Shown here piece by piece: positions 1 through 9,393 of a stretch of 64,000 nucleotides of DNA. The stretch covers positions 576,001 to 640,000 of the forward strand of contig CP000066.1 of assembly GCA_000002445.1 (NCBI GenBank), written 5' to 3'. Each line of letters starts with the position of its first letter. Positions within the stretch are counted from its first letter, which is position 1. This DNA comes from Trypanosoma brucei (taxonomy: Eukaryota). Position numbers and translations under genes: made by a program. Below the pieces are notes generated by a model that ran no database searches, was not told the DNA's origin, and worked only from the letters and a program-made list of their open reading frames with translations.

Positions 1-594
1 TAGTAAAACAGCCATATCTGCCGCTACGCTACCACCGCCATTCCCCCTGTTACTCTCCCCATTTGAGGCACATTTTGTATGAAGTTCAATCGCTTTGGAG
101 AAGTGCCGCACAGCACTCAAATACTCGCCCTTCGTCATGGCTTCCTTTCCCTGCTCGATACCCTTGCGATAGTAGTAAGAGTCAAGGGTGTCCTTCGATG
201 CGACACCTCGGCCACTGCGCATCAGCTCTAACACTAGCTGATGTTGTTCCTTATACAAAATAGTGTTAGGGTCCAACTCGTAGGCACGAGCATAGTGTCG
301 CGAGGCCTCCTCGTAGTGCTTGAGCCCGTGGTAGGCTGCTGCCATTCGCCCATGAACTTTGCTGTTGCGGTCGTCCATCTGAAGGGCCTCCTTTGCAGCA
401 CTAAGTGCTTCAGCGAATTGTTCTCGCGCAGCATAACAGGCGCTCATATTAGAAAATGCCCGTATCTTTTGTGCCACTGTGATGTGCTCGTCGGAGCTAA
501 TCGTCTTGTACAAACCAATGGCGGCGATATGATTTCCTTCACGCACAAGGGATGCCGCCTTGACAAAGTTCTCCTCTAACGCTGCATTGGCCAT
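1..594 (-). CDS. TPR-repeat protein, 5' portion; the ORF runs off the window edge. Translation MANAALEENFVKAASLVREGNHIAAIGLYKT... shows three TPR-like repeats (STI1/SGT-like pattern).
   Basis: Manual reverse-strand translation from the ATG (complement of cat at 592-594) reaches position 1 with no stop. The A..LK..GN...Y..AI..DP pattern is typical of TPR motifs. It is absent from the ORF track because it is open-ended. Confidence 0.55.
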   Translation of the reverse strand, partial: MANAALEENFVKAASLVREGNHIAAIGLYKTISSDEHITVAQKIRAFSNMSACYAAREQFAEALSAAKEALQMDDRNSKVHGRMAAAYHGLKHYEEASRHYARAYELDPNTILYKEQHQLVLELMRSGRGVASKDTLDSYYYRKGIEQGKEAMTKGEYLSAVRHFSKAIELHTKCASNGESNRGNGGGSVAADMAVLL

Positions 595-1318
595 TGTACC
601 CAATAAACTTCCTCACATATACAAAAAAAAAAGTCTCCTCAGAGACAATTAATGTGACAAAAAGGGGGAGAGATGTCCTCAAAGGTCGTTGAGAAGAGGG
701 AAGAAAAAACAGAATGCGCCACCAAAATGGCAATAGGATGTTTCAGCAGCACACGCCCATATGGGAAAATTATAATAGTATTTGAATGTGGTGCGCGGCT
801 AAGAGTTGCAGGCAGATCGAGAAAACATCTCATCAATACAGACTGCAAGGAACCCCAACTACCTTTCAGCAACCACCTCCACAACCGGAACAGCTCAACA
901 CCAAGTAACTCTTTAAGTGAACACTCCACCAGGCGCAAATTTTTTAATCAAACAAATCCCCTGAACCATGGAGAACCTCCACCCTCACATAGCAACTGGA
1001 GGGCAGCACGAGTCAGAGTTGTCACCACAAAAGGAAGTGAGGCATTTACACCTCGAATGAAATATCAGTCCTCACGCACGCCCAAAACGCAAAATGTCAA
1101 TATAACAGCTAGAGTAGCGATAATAATTCTATGAAAGCACAGCTACAAGAGACTAATAGCAGTCAACGCAGATATCAACAATGTGAAGATACACGTACGA
1201 AGACAAACAATGGCGCACGCAAATCGAATTAAAAAGACCTCCGAATGGGAGGCTGCTATTAAGCGACGATCGACAGAAACAGCGAACGCACCGGTTTAAT
1301 TTTACACTTCGTGTTCGC

Positions 1319-3103
1319 TCAAGCAGTACGGTTGTACACACGCAAAAGATCCCGTTGCTTCAAGGGTAACATATCTATCATTTCGCGAGACAGCTGAACT
1401 TCCTTCTCCGTTTCATCCTCCATAGGGTTTGCAGATGCAAAATCAACGGCCTTTTGAAACATTTGAATGGCAACCGAGATATTCTCGAACTCCTCTCTGG
1501 GATTTTTAAAAACAAATTTTAGCTGCAGCTGGGCAAGTCGCATAGCCGCCCTGAAAAATGGCATCCTGGACTCCGATTCGAGTACCTCAGGTACCACCCC
1601 TGATTTTGGATCTTTCCATGTATCACAGAAACGCCTGTAGAAGGACTGATTGACCCTAACGAGGGCGTTCAGGCTCTTGTCACTCAACGGTTTCTCACCC
1701 TCCACAGGGTCGCTTCTCTGACGGATGCGCAGCTCAACTACTTCCTCATGAATGACGCCGAGGTCAAATAACAGTTGCCTCACCAGTGTCGGGTACGCCT
1801 TGAAACTAAGGTCATCTGGGAATTTCTCTAGTAGTGTCACGCGACGCTGATGCATAGCAATAATACGATCACGGCCCGTCTCGAAATGAATAAGCACCTC
1901 ATACAAACGCGCCTTGTCCTTCATGATCTCGATGTGCTCAGTGCAGCACCCATCGTACACATAAAATTTAAGAGCTTCATTAAACCAGTTGGTCGCAGTT
2001 TTGAAACATTCACGGGCGTCGTCAAAAGTTTCGATAATAGGAGGGAATTCTGGTGGGGGGATGTCAAGGGGAAAATCTTCCCACCAGCCCTCCAATTCGT
2101 CCGGTAGGGGGGCACGTGAAGCACAACCACGCTTGACATCAGCATAGTGCTGCAGGCGATGCAAGTAGAACCTTCCGTGTGCCCACGCCACAACACCGAG
2201 GGTCTCCTCAGTTGGATTTTCCTTCGGCATTACGAAACGACCAGCACTGAGGCAGTGTAGCGCTTTACCGTAGTCGTAGTAACTACTGTAAAATGCACTC
2301 AGATGCAGGGCGTTCGTAGCCCAGTCCTTCTTGGAGAACTCCATCTTGTTGAGTAGCTGACTGTACAGCGTTCTGTGGCAGTAACGCGAAGCCATCGCTG
2401 TCATCTGCGATGCTGAATAAACCTGCGCCAAAAAGAAAAGTGTAGATGTAAATGCCGTATCCATTTCGTACCTTGCAGTGTATATTGCCAGTGCATCTGT
2501 GGATATGCTTTCGCGGTCAAGCCCGCCGCTTTCTTTAACAGGAACTTGTTGCATCACGCAACTTCCAGGTAACGATTCAAACCACTTGTTCCAATTGTTA
2601 TATCCCTTTTCGGCAACATGAAGAACCTGCTTGGCATCGTTGAGACGCAATGTCGCATCCCGATTAGAGAAGTAGAGCCCTAGTGCATTATGAACCCGCA
2701 GAAACTCAGTTGCGAATGCAAAACGGTGGGTCGCGTCTATGTAAGGTGCCTCGTTCTGCAGTATTAACTCTATTGGGTGGGGTGTGATGTTCTCAACATC
2801 GGCCAACAGTTCCTCCTTAGCACCGGAAAGAGTAACAGAGTATGCCTTGCGCAGCTCTGTCATGCCCTCCTCTTCTTCCGATGTTTCCAACATGTTTAAA
2901 CCAATGAATATACCACACCGGCAAACTTGACTAAGCGCAGTAAAACTAGGCGACTCTCTGTATGCATTCACAACAGAGTCCCTTAATGATTGCATTTGGC
3001 TCCTGGCCGTGAACTTGGGCTCTAGAACGTTACGCCTCGGTCCCTCCTCTTCACTTAGTTTTACGATGGCATCGTATGACAACGTGAACGCAGTGTGGTC
3101 CAT
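1319..3103 (-). CDS. KIF-binding protein (KBP/KIAA1279) homolog, 594 aa
   Basis: ATG verified. Internal motifs LAQVY, YCHRTL..QL, WATNALHLSAFY, ALHCLSAGRF and the C-terminal LSREMIDMLPLK match my recall of human KBP (LAQVYQHLE, YCHSTLKRQL, WAINAATLSQFY, ARHCLSAANV, LSKEMVSLLPTK). Confidence 0.6.
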   Translation of the reverse strand: MDHTAFTLSYDAIVKLSEEEGPRRNVLEPKFTARSQMQSLRDSVVNAYRESPSFTALSQVCRCGIFIGLNMLETSEEEEGMTELRKAYSVTLSGAKEELLADVENITPHPIELILQNEAPYIDATHRFAFATEFLRVHNALGLYFSNRDATLRLNDAKQVLHVAEKGYNNWNKWFESLPGSCVMQQVPVKESGGLDRESISTDALAIYTARYEMDTAFTSTLFFLAQVYSASQMTAMASRYCHRTLYSQLLNKMEFSKKDWATNALHLSAFYSSYYDYGKALHCLSAGRFVMPKENPTEETLGVVAWAHGRFYLHRLQHYADVKRGCASRAPLPDELEGWWEDFPLDIPPPEFPPIIETFDDARECFKTATNWFNEALKFYVYDGCCTEHIEIMKDKARLYEVLIHFETGRDRIIAMHQRRVTLLEKFPDDLSFKAYPTLVRQLLFDLGVIHEEVVELRIRQRSDPVEGEKPLSDKSLNALVRVNQSFYRRFCDTWKDPKSGVVPEVLESESRMPFFRAAMRLAQLQLKFVFKNPREEFENISVAIQMFQKAVDFASANPMEDETEKEVQLSREMIDMLPLKQRDLLRVYNRTA

Positions 3104-3398
3104 CTAAGAAAGTAGAGGTGTAAAAATTAAATTTCTTCCCCTGTCACAGATGCCAAAAGGTTCAGAAGCAATGTCAAGGATGTCAGCTGTAGGCAATAGG
3201 GGCTCAGTGGGTTAGCCCCAGGAGTGTATAAAACGCCAACCTTCAGAAAAGCAGCTAAACGAAGTAAATCAAAACAGAAATGGAGGGGCACATACTCGAG
3301 TTCAACAACCTACTATTCCGCCAACAGCGGAAAGACGTGAATCTTTAAGTTACCACCAAACAAATAAAAGCTAACCTTACTATGGGAAGAAATGCACT

Positions 3399-4061
3399 TC
3401 ACATAAAGTTGTCATCACCATCGGGAACGTTGGCAGCACCACCCTCATCCCCTATGGTGTCCAATCCCAGTGCATCTCCTGCTGAAGAGCCACCCTTTGC
3501 GGATGCCCCTTCCTTCCCCGGTTGCTCCCGCTTGTCACCCTTTGTTTGCTTCATTTTTCCTTCACAAACCTTACTTGCGTTTGATACCTTGTCCTTAATG
3601 GTCCTGAGGGTGTCAAGGGCGTTGCCTGACTTAAACTCACGGGCTATATCACGGAAAACGACAGAAAGGATTGAGTTGAAGTGTGGAGACTCAGAAAAGC
3701 TAAGAAGGCGGTCAGCCAATACGACACCGAGCGCCTCCGCCTCCGCGGCAGTGTTGACGGGCATGTCAGCGATGAGCTTTACGGCGTTCTCACTGTCTTT
3801 TACCACATTCAGGGCTTCCCCGGCACTGCTTGCCGTGCTTTTCATATCTTCAAGAGCCCTTGCAACGTCAGCGGGTAATAGCTCCTCCTCTTCAGTTCGT
3901 GCAGAAGCTCTGGCACGTCTTCGCTGCCTTTCCTTCTCCAGTAGGGCTTGTTGTTCTCGCAGTTTTCGCTTAAGGGCTTCCTCCTCGGCAGCTTCTCCTT
4001 GCTGGGCTTCAACCTCCCAGTCATCAGCAGCGTCGTCATACTCATGGTAGTCCTCCTCCAT
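3399..4061 (-). CDS. eIF3 subunit j-like acidic protein, 220 aa
   Basis: ATG verified. It has an acidic Trp-containing N-terminus (DDWEVE), a K/R/E/Q-rich helix, and a C-terminus ending DDNFM like human eIF3j (...YEDFM). Confidence 0.5.
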   Translation of the reverse strand: MEEDYHEYDDAADDWEVEAQQGEAAEEEALKRKLREQQALLEKERQRRRARASARTEEEELLPADVARALEDMKSTASSAGEALNVVKDSENAVKLIADMPVNTAAEAEALGVVLADRLLSFSESPHFNSILSVVFRDIAREFKSGNALDTLRTIKDKVSNASKVCEGKMKQTKGDKREQPGKEGASAKGGSSAGDALGLDTIGDEGGAANVPDGDDNFM

Positions 4062-4930
4062 GGCTATAAGAAGCTAGTTTACCTTTATTTAAAAAAATCC
4101 CTGGCGCACGCCAGACGTTAAGTGGAATTCAAAAGTATCAAGTACAGCCACATACGCGTGCTTCACAGCACCATCACCATAAATTGAGAATAAAGAATAG
4201 TGTCGGGAACAGAAATAAACTTTAAGTGGTCGTTCATTTATTTCCTTCCGATTCTGACGCAGGCGAAATACTCATTTCTTTTTTTCGGTAAATGCCCTTC
4301 CCTTTTTAGACAAAAAAAAACATCTCACTCAACGAGGAGTCGAACAGACGCATCACGTATCGTATAGAAATGTGCAAAGAAACATAATCGCTATTTACTC
4401 CCGCTTACTCAGAGAGTGAAGAACTGCACAGCGAAGAAGAGTGGACCGCGTGCTGACAGTCCCACCACAGAAAACAATCCTATGCTGAGCTCTTTTTGTT
4501 GTTGCCGTTGAGGACTTGTAGCGGTAACATGACTTGAAATTGTGAATCAGTGTGTGTACGTCGCTACGTACATTTAGCACTGACGGATCATGAGTTCCCT
4601 CATCCAAGACGTGTCTCGCCCCTCCTCCATGTACAACCACGGTTTCCCACTCTCCCCCACACCCGTCCTTCTTTACCAAACGTTCCCCTTCCTCGATTTT
4701 TCTTTAACCCCACAAACCCAAGGGAAAAGAAAAAACGCTGCTCACACGTGCCGTTCATTGCTTTATTTGCTTTAATGCCCCCCCCCTTTTACCTTCAACA
4801 AAACATACTCCGTCTCGCTCACATTGCCCGAACCCTTAGACGTCACAAGGGGGGAAATTGTACCAAATTTCCCCTCAAGTTCCTACTGTATAAACAAATA
4901 AACGGAAAAGAAAAAAAGCGATATTGCGCT

Positions 4931-5836
4931 TTAGATTGCCCTCTTTTTCATTAACTCAGCCATCAGCGCCCCGAGCTGAGCGGGTGAATGGGCCACAACG
5001 GCACCTGCAGCTTCAAGTGCTTCCATCTTTCCTTTCGCAGTCCCCTGCCCACCAGAGACAACAGCCCCAGCGTGACCCATTCTGCGTCCTGGGGGGGCAG
5101 TGGCACCACCAATGAAAGTAACCAAAGGTTTCTTGATGGGATGATTCTTTATGAATTCTGCAGCCTCTTCCTCAGCAGTACCACCGATCTCACCAATGAG
5201 AATGATACCTTCAGTTCCAGGATCTTCCAGATACAACTTAACGCAGTCGATCATGTTGGTACCGTTGAACGGATCGCCACCAATTCCCACGCACAACGAC
5301 TGTCCAAGGTTGACGGCTGTTGTTTGGGCAACAGCCTCGTAAGTAAGGGTGCCACTTCGGGAAACCACACCAATGCAGCCCTTCTTGTGGATGTGGCCAG
5401 GCATAATACCAATCTTGCACTCCTCCGGGCGAATAATACCCGGACAGTTAGGACCTATCAGCCGGGTCTTGTTCTGGGAGAGAAGCATAGATTTTACGCG
5501 GAGCATATCCCACTGCGGAATCCCTTCAGTGATAACAACAACCAGGGGAACTTCGGCAACCAAAGCCTCCTCCACTGCTGCAGCGCAGTGAGGAGCAGGG
5601 ACATAAATAACAGTAGCGTCGGCCCCAGTGTTTTTCACTGCCTCAGCAACCGTACCAAAGACAGGCAGGTTAAGGTAGGTCGAACCCGCTTTCTTAGGGT
5701 TCACTCCGCCCACCATTTTGGTGCCATAAGCAATCGCCTGCTCAGTGTGGTATGTGCCGTGCTTCCCCGTTATACCTTGGCATATGACCTTAGTGTTTTG
5801 GTTAATCCACAAGCGGCGAACTGTCCTTGAGAGCAT
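4931..5836 (-). CDS. Succinyl-CoA synthetase (ligase) alpha subunit, mitochondrial
   Basis: Very strong family match: CoA-binding [33 protein letters not shown], catalytic-His region GHAGA, and SRSGTLTYE. The N-terminal MLSRTVRRL looks like a mitochondrial presequence. ATG verified. Confidence 0.95.
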   Translation of the reverse strand: MLSRTVRRLWINQNTKVICQGITGKHGTYHTEQAIAYGTKMVGGVNPKKAGSTYLNLPVFGTVAEAVKNTGADATVIYVPAPHCAAAVEEALVAEVPLVVVITEGIPQWDMLRVKSMLLSQNKTRLIGPNCPGIIRPEECKIGIMPGHIHKKGCIGVVSRSGTLTYEAVAQTTAVNLGQSLCVGIGGDPFNGTNMIDCVKLYLEDPGTEGIILIGEIGGTAEEEAAEFIKNHPIKKPLVTFIGGATAPPGRRMGHAGAVVSGGQGTAKGKMEALEAAGAVVAHSPAQLGALMAELMKKRAI

Positions 5837-6245
5837 TTCAAATAATGTTTAACTTTAGTCACCTGAGAACACTTAAAGCGAACAAAGAAAATATGTTGTA
5901 TACGTTGTTGTGGGCATGTTAATAATCATTATTCACAGTTACTTACAGGAAAACATTGACCATCCTTTATCATGGAGGCAGAAAACATTAACAACTAACT
6001 TAGGCATGTCTGTATCAGACGAAAATAATGCGCCACGACGTGTGGTTATAATCTTGCACAACAATATATGTATGTGTGTGTAGGAAGAAGCCGGAAAGTG
6101 ATCAATATGACGAAAGAAAGGGAATAACCGCAACGTAATCAAGCGTTGAAAAGCGAGAGAAATTAAGAAGTAAAAACTCAACACAGCTTCCACTCAACCA
6201 ACTCCAAGTCTACTACATCGGCATTTTCACCGATTCCCCTCACTT

Positions 6246-7445
6246 TTAAACCCCAATAGAGATCTTAACTGGAGGACGCGCCACCGTTTGATGAGGGAAC
6301 GCCGCGGGTAATCTAATGTCCTTCTTTTGCGCAAGCACGGTGGGTGGAGGAAGCTCGAATGAATCTTCGGTTGCATTTGTGCGGTGCACCAAAGAGTTGA
6401 TTTTTCGACAGCGCTCAATATTTCTTTGAACAAAAATGCGGCAATCATCAACTAGTTCATCACCCCGAAATGGCAGCTTTTTTTTCTGTAAACCAGATGC
6501 CCTTTTTTCGGTGATGGCATTCGCCGCCAACAAATCAGACTGACTCGCAAGCCACAAACCGGCGGCAGGGTTGCTATCAAACAAACCACTGGAGGCATAC
6601 GAGTACGTTAAAGACTTGAACACATCAACCTTCAGCTTCACAAACGTCAGAACTTCATTGAATATGTTGTGATCGACTGCAACGCAGTTCAGGCCTACTT
6701 TATGAGCCTCTTCGTATATTTTAAAGGTTTGATGGAGGAGTCCCACGGTAAGCATCTTTCCTTCACTTTGTCCGTTTTCAGTGGATCTTGCTGACCCTAT
6801 CTCTTGCGCTTGACCTATGGCAACAAGGTGACAAAACTCCAAAACAGATGCCGAGACGTCCCCGGGTCTGGCGAGTCGTACGTCACCAACTACGTATAAT
6901 TCCATGTCATCAGAGATATCCTTGACAAGACAAAAATATCCGGCAGCTTGTAAAAGATAATGGTAGCATTCCTTCTGAAGGGCAGATGCGTGACCATGCG
7001 CCGATTGCCAACATACTAACCGTTCGCTCACATTCACCAGAATAACCCCGACGTTAAAGTACATGTTCTGTAAATCATAACGAAAGTCGTCAAAGTAAAT
7101 AGTCTCTTGTGGTGAAAGGCACGGAGTCCAACAATAATAATATCCATCTGCTAGGACGGGGTAGTGGTAGAGCAAGGCAGCTAGTTCCTTCGCATAGTCA
7201 TTGACAGCATCGACGACACAGTTGATCACCTTCTCACGCTCCTCAAAATTCTTCCAAAACCCAGTCGCATAATTATTGCTCTGCTTGAACTGGTCACGAA
7301 CCGAGCCAAACTTCGCAATGCACTCAGCTCTCCTTAACTCAAAACTCCTTTTCACGTTAGGAGGTATACTCTTCCAATTTGCATCAACTTTTTCACTAGG
7401 AACAACGGACTCCTTCAAGGCAAAAGTGACAAACCTAAGTAACAT
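6246..7445 (-). CDS. BRO1-like domain protein (BROX-like), about 399 aa
   Basis: YDLQNMYFNVGVILVNVSERL and YHYLLQAAGYFCLVKD resemble BROX [21 protein letters not shown] and LKIAAGIFKHLKE. The track start at 7451 is GTG, so the start was moved to the first ATG, which is the third codon. Confidence 0.45.
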   Translation of the reverse strand: MLLRFVTFALKESVVPSEKVDANWKSIPPNVKRSFELRRAECIAKFGSVRDQFKQSNNYATGFWKNFEEREKVINCVVDAVNDYAKELAALLYHYPVLADGYYYCWTPCLSPQETIYFDDFRYDLQNMYFNVGVILVNVSERLVCWQSAHGHASALQKECYHYLLQAAGYFCLVKDISDDMELYVVGDVRLARPGDVSASVLEFCHLVAIGQAQEIGSARSTENGQSEGKMLTVGLLHQTFKIYEEAHKVGLNCVAVDHNIFNEVLTFVKLKVDVFKSLTYSYASSGLFDSNPAAGLWLASQSDLLAANAITEKRASGLQKKKLPFRGDELVDDCRIFVQRNIERCRKINSLVHRTNATEDSFELPPPTVLAQKKDIRLPAAFPHQTVARPPVKISIGV

Positions 7446-7616
7446 CAACACACTGATCTGCTGTTCTCAGCAGTGTTCCCAGGGGAGCCACACAAGTATG
7501 GGGGAAGTGCAAGCAATTTACTGTTCAAAACAATACATGCACATGAGCAGTAAGACAACCAATAAAAAAAATGATAGCAACTGTCACAAAAAATAAGGAA
7601 GTCGTGTAGGCGTTTG

Positions 7617-8513
7617 TCAAAGACATGCGGACGACAAATGCGCTATGTTCTCCTTACCCAAAACAGCTAGACACTCCGACAACAGCATTTCCATATCTTT
7701 GAAATATTCACCTTGCTCGCTGACTAGATTGGACACGGGGTTGTACTGGAGATATTCATCAACATCAGTACAGTCACTGGTAGGAAGGGTAGTTGCCCCT
7801 GACACGCATTTCTGAACTAAGGAAGGATCATCGGTATTAGGCACACACTCACACCGGTTCTCTAAAAGTGGCGATGTATGCTTCACGTAATATCCACGCA
7901 TCTCGCTAAGTGCCAGCATGACCACTTCATTGCGTGAAACATGTTCCTCATCCCATAGGAAGTTACGAACCTCCGTCTCCTGTTGAATTAACCGAGTAAT
8001 CGAATTACCGACCCGAATATCGTTGAGTCCTTGCTCCAGGATTCTTCGTGACGCTGCGAGATCCGCCAACTGTGTTGCAACCTTGTGAACGTTGGTACGG
8101 CAGCGGTCCAAGCGAACTGCCAAACATTCTAGCAATCTTTCCATATACTCTGATTTCTCTGCGAAATTTTTCGTCACATCTTTTATGCCCCGTCTAACCG
8201 ATACTAGCGTCGTGTCAGGTTCAGTCTGCGTGGATGAAGAAAATGTGAAACATTCCGTCTGCGTATCACGGTTTGTAGGTTGTTGAGCGCACTGGATCCC
8301 AACATCTTTCAGATATATGGAATGTTGCACACCTTTACTGAAGATTTTTGACTCTGTTTGGATAGATTTGGAAAACGAGCTTGGCGGGGCCACCACGGGT
8401 TTCCCCTCTATGCTGGGTTGTTGCAACTTATCCTTCCTTGGGTAGCCTTCTATGGACGCTATTACCTCATCGGCGATAGCCAATATACTTTCGGTCTCCC
8501 TCTTCACGGTCAT
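7617..8513 (-). CDS. Conserved hypothetical protein, 298 aa
   Basis: Long ORF with a verified ATG, same orientation and spacing as its neighbours. I recognise no domain. Confidence 0.5.
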   Translation of the reverse strand: MTVKRETESILAIADEVIASIEGYPRKDKLQQPSIEGKPVVAPPSSFSKSIQTESKIFSKGVQHSIYLKDVGIQCAQQPTNRDTQTECFTFSSSTQTEPDTTLVSVRRGIKDVTKNFAEKSEYMERLLECLAVRLDRCRTNVHKVATQLADLAASRRILEQGLNDIRVGNSITRLIQQETEVRNFLWDEEHVSRNEVVMLALSEMRGYYVKHTSPLLENRCECVPNTDDPSLVQKCVSGATTLPTSDCTDVDEYLQYNPVSNLVSEQGEYFKDMEMLLSECLAVLGKENIAHLSSACL

Positions 8514-8706
8514 TACGCCTTCGGGAAGAAAACCAACATATGATAGCAGAATTTTCTCTCACTTAGTTAAAAGAAAGCATGCACAGGATATTTCCATTTG
8601 TGCCACGTTGTAACAAAAGCAGAAGGTCGTCATAATCCTCTTTTACGAAGATAATCGAAATAAATCCCAATAATAACAATTCGGTGCCACAGTAAAATCA
8701 GACAGT

Positions 8707-9393
8707 TCATGAACTCTGCTTCATCCCACTATAATATGTCCTCCCAAAATACCCCTTTGGCCGAGCTTCGTAACGTGGTGCCAAGTTTTGTAGTGGCTGC
8801 ATCTCCATCTCTTTGTATGGACTACGCTTCACATCTTCCGCTGTTATTTCGTCCACAGTCCAATCCCTGGGTCTCTCATCGTCCCTGTGTAGCAAATGGT
8901 CGTTCTGTTCAATTGCGTCAATTTGTGATTGCTCTGTTACACCATATTCTCCTAACGTCTTTTGTGGGTCCAATTCTTTCCCATCGATAGCAAGATGAAA
9001 GGACGAAACACAAAGATAGGGAGACTGATTCTCAACGAGAACAAGATCCTTTACTTGTGCAATAGTACTGTCTTTCGGAGCCATAATCTGAACAACCTGC
9101 ATACGCTGCTCCCAGCCAGATGTAACCCAGGTAAATATTTTGAACCTTATTCTTAATGGAATTAGGTGCTGCACCCTCGGGTCGTCAGTTACTGCCCGCC
9201 AATAGTGCCTGTCAGTATCATGAAGAATGGACTCTAAGCTCCCCGAATAAAAGCGCGTATCTCCAGGTGTCGCTGCTCGGATGGGTCCAGGATATGTCGT
9301 GGACTCTTCAAACCGTTTTCGGGCTTCAAACGCCTCCTGCTGGTAGTGTCCAAGAAGTCCTGCCTTCAACAGAGAAAGGGCGCCGCGCCTCAT
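8707..9393 (-). CDS. Hypothetical protein with a possible ubiquitin-like segment, 228 aa
   Basis: ATG verified. It is the first gene of the minus-strand unit next to the divergent strand-switch region. The stretch QVVQIMAPKDSTIAQVKDLVLVENQ...IDGKELDPQKTLGEYGV looks like a beta-grasp/Ubl fold. Confidence 0.45.
   Translation of the reverse strand: MRRGALSLLKAGLLGHYQQEAFEARKRFEESTTYPGPIRAATPGDTRFYSGSLESILHDTDRHYWRAVTDDPRVQHLIPLRIRFKIFTWVTSGWEQRMQVVQIMAPKDSTIAQVKDLVLVENQSPYLCVSSFHLAIDGKELDPQKTLGEYGVTEQSQIDAIEQNDHLLHRDDERPRDWTVDEITAEDVKRSPYKEMEMQPLQNLAPRYEARPKGYFGRTYYSGMKQSS

Noticed and set aside
4321-4360. tRNA-like T-arm motif (reverse-strand GTTCGACTCC) near 4330
   Set aside because: The flanking sequence cannot form a T-stem or acceptor stem, and no D-arm or anticodon arm is present. 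I judge it a chance match.
4988-5830. 280-aa plus-strand ORF antisense to succinyl-CoA synthetase alpha
   Set aside because: It is fully overlapped by a gene with overwhelming homology on the other strand. It is a typical antisense shadow ORF in GC-balanced coding sequence.
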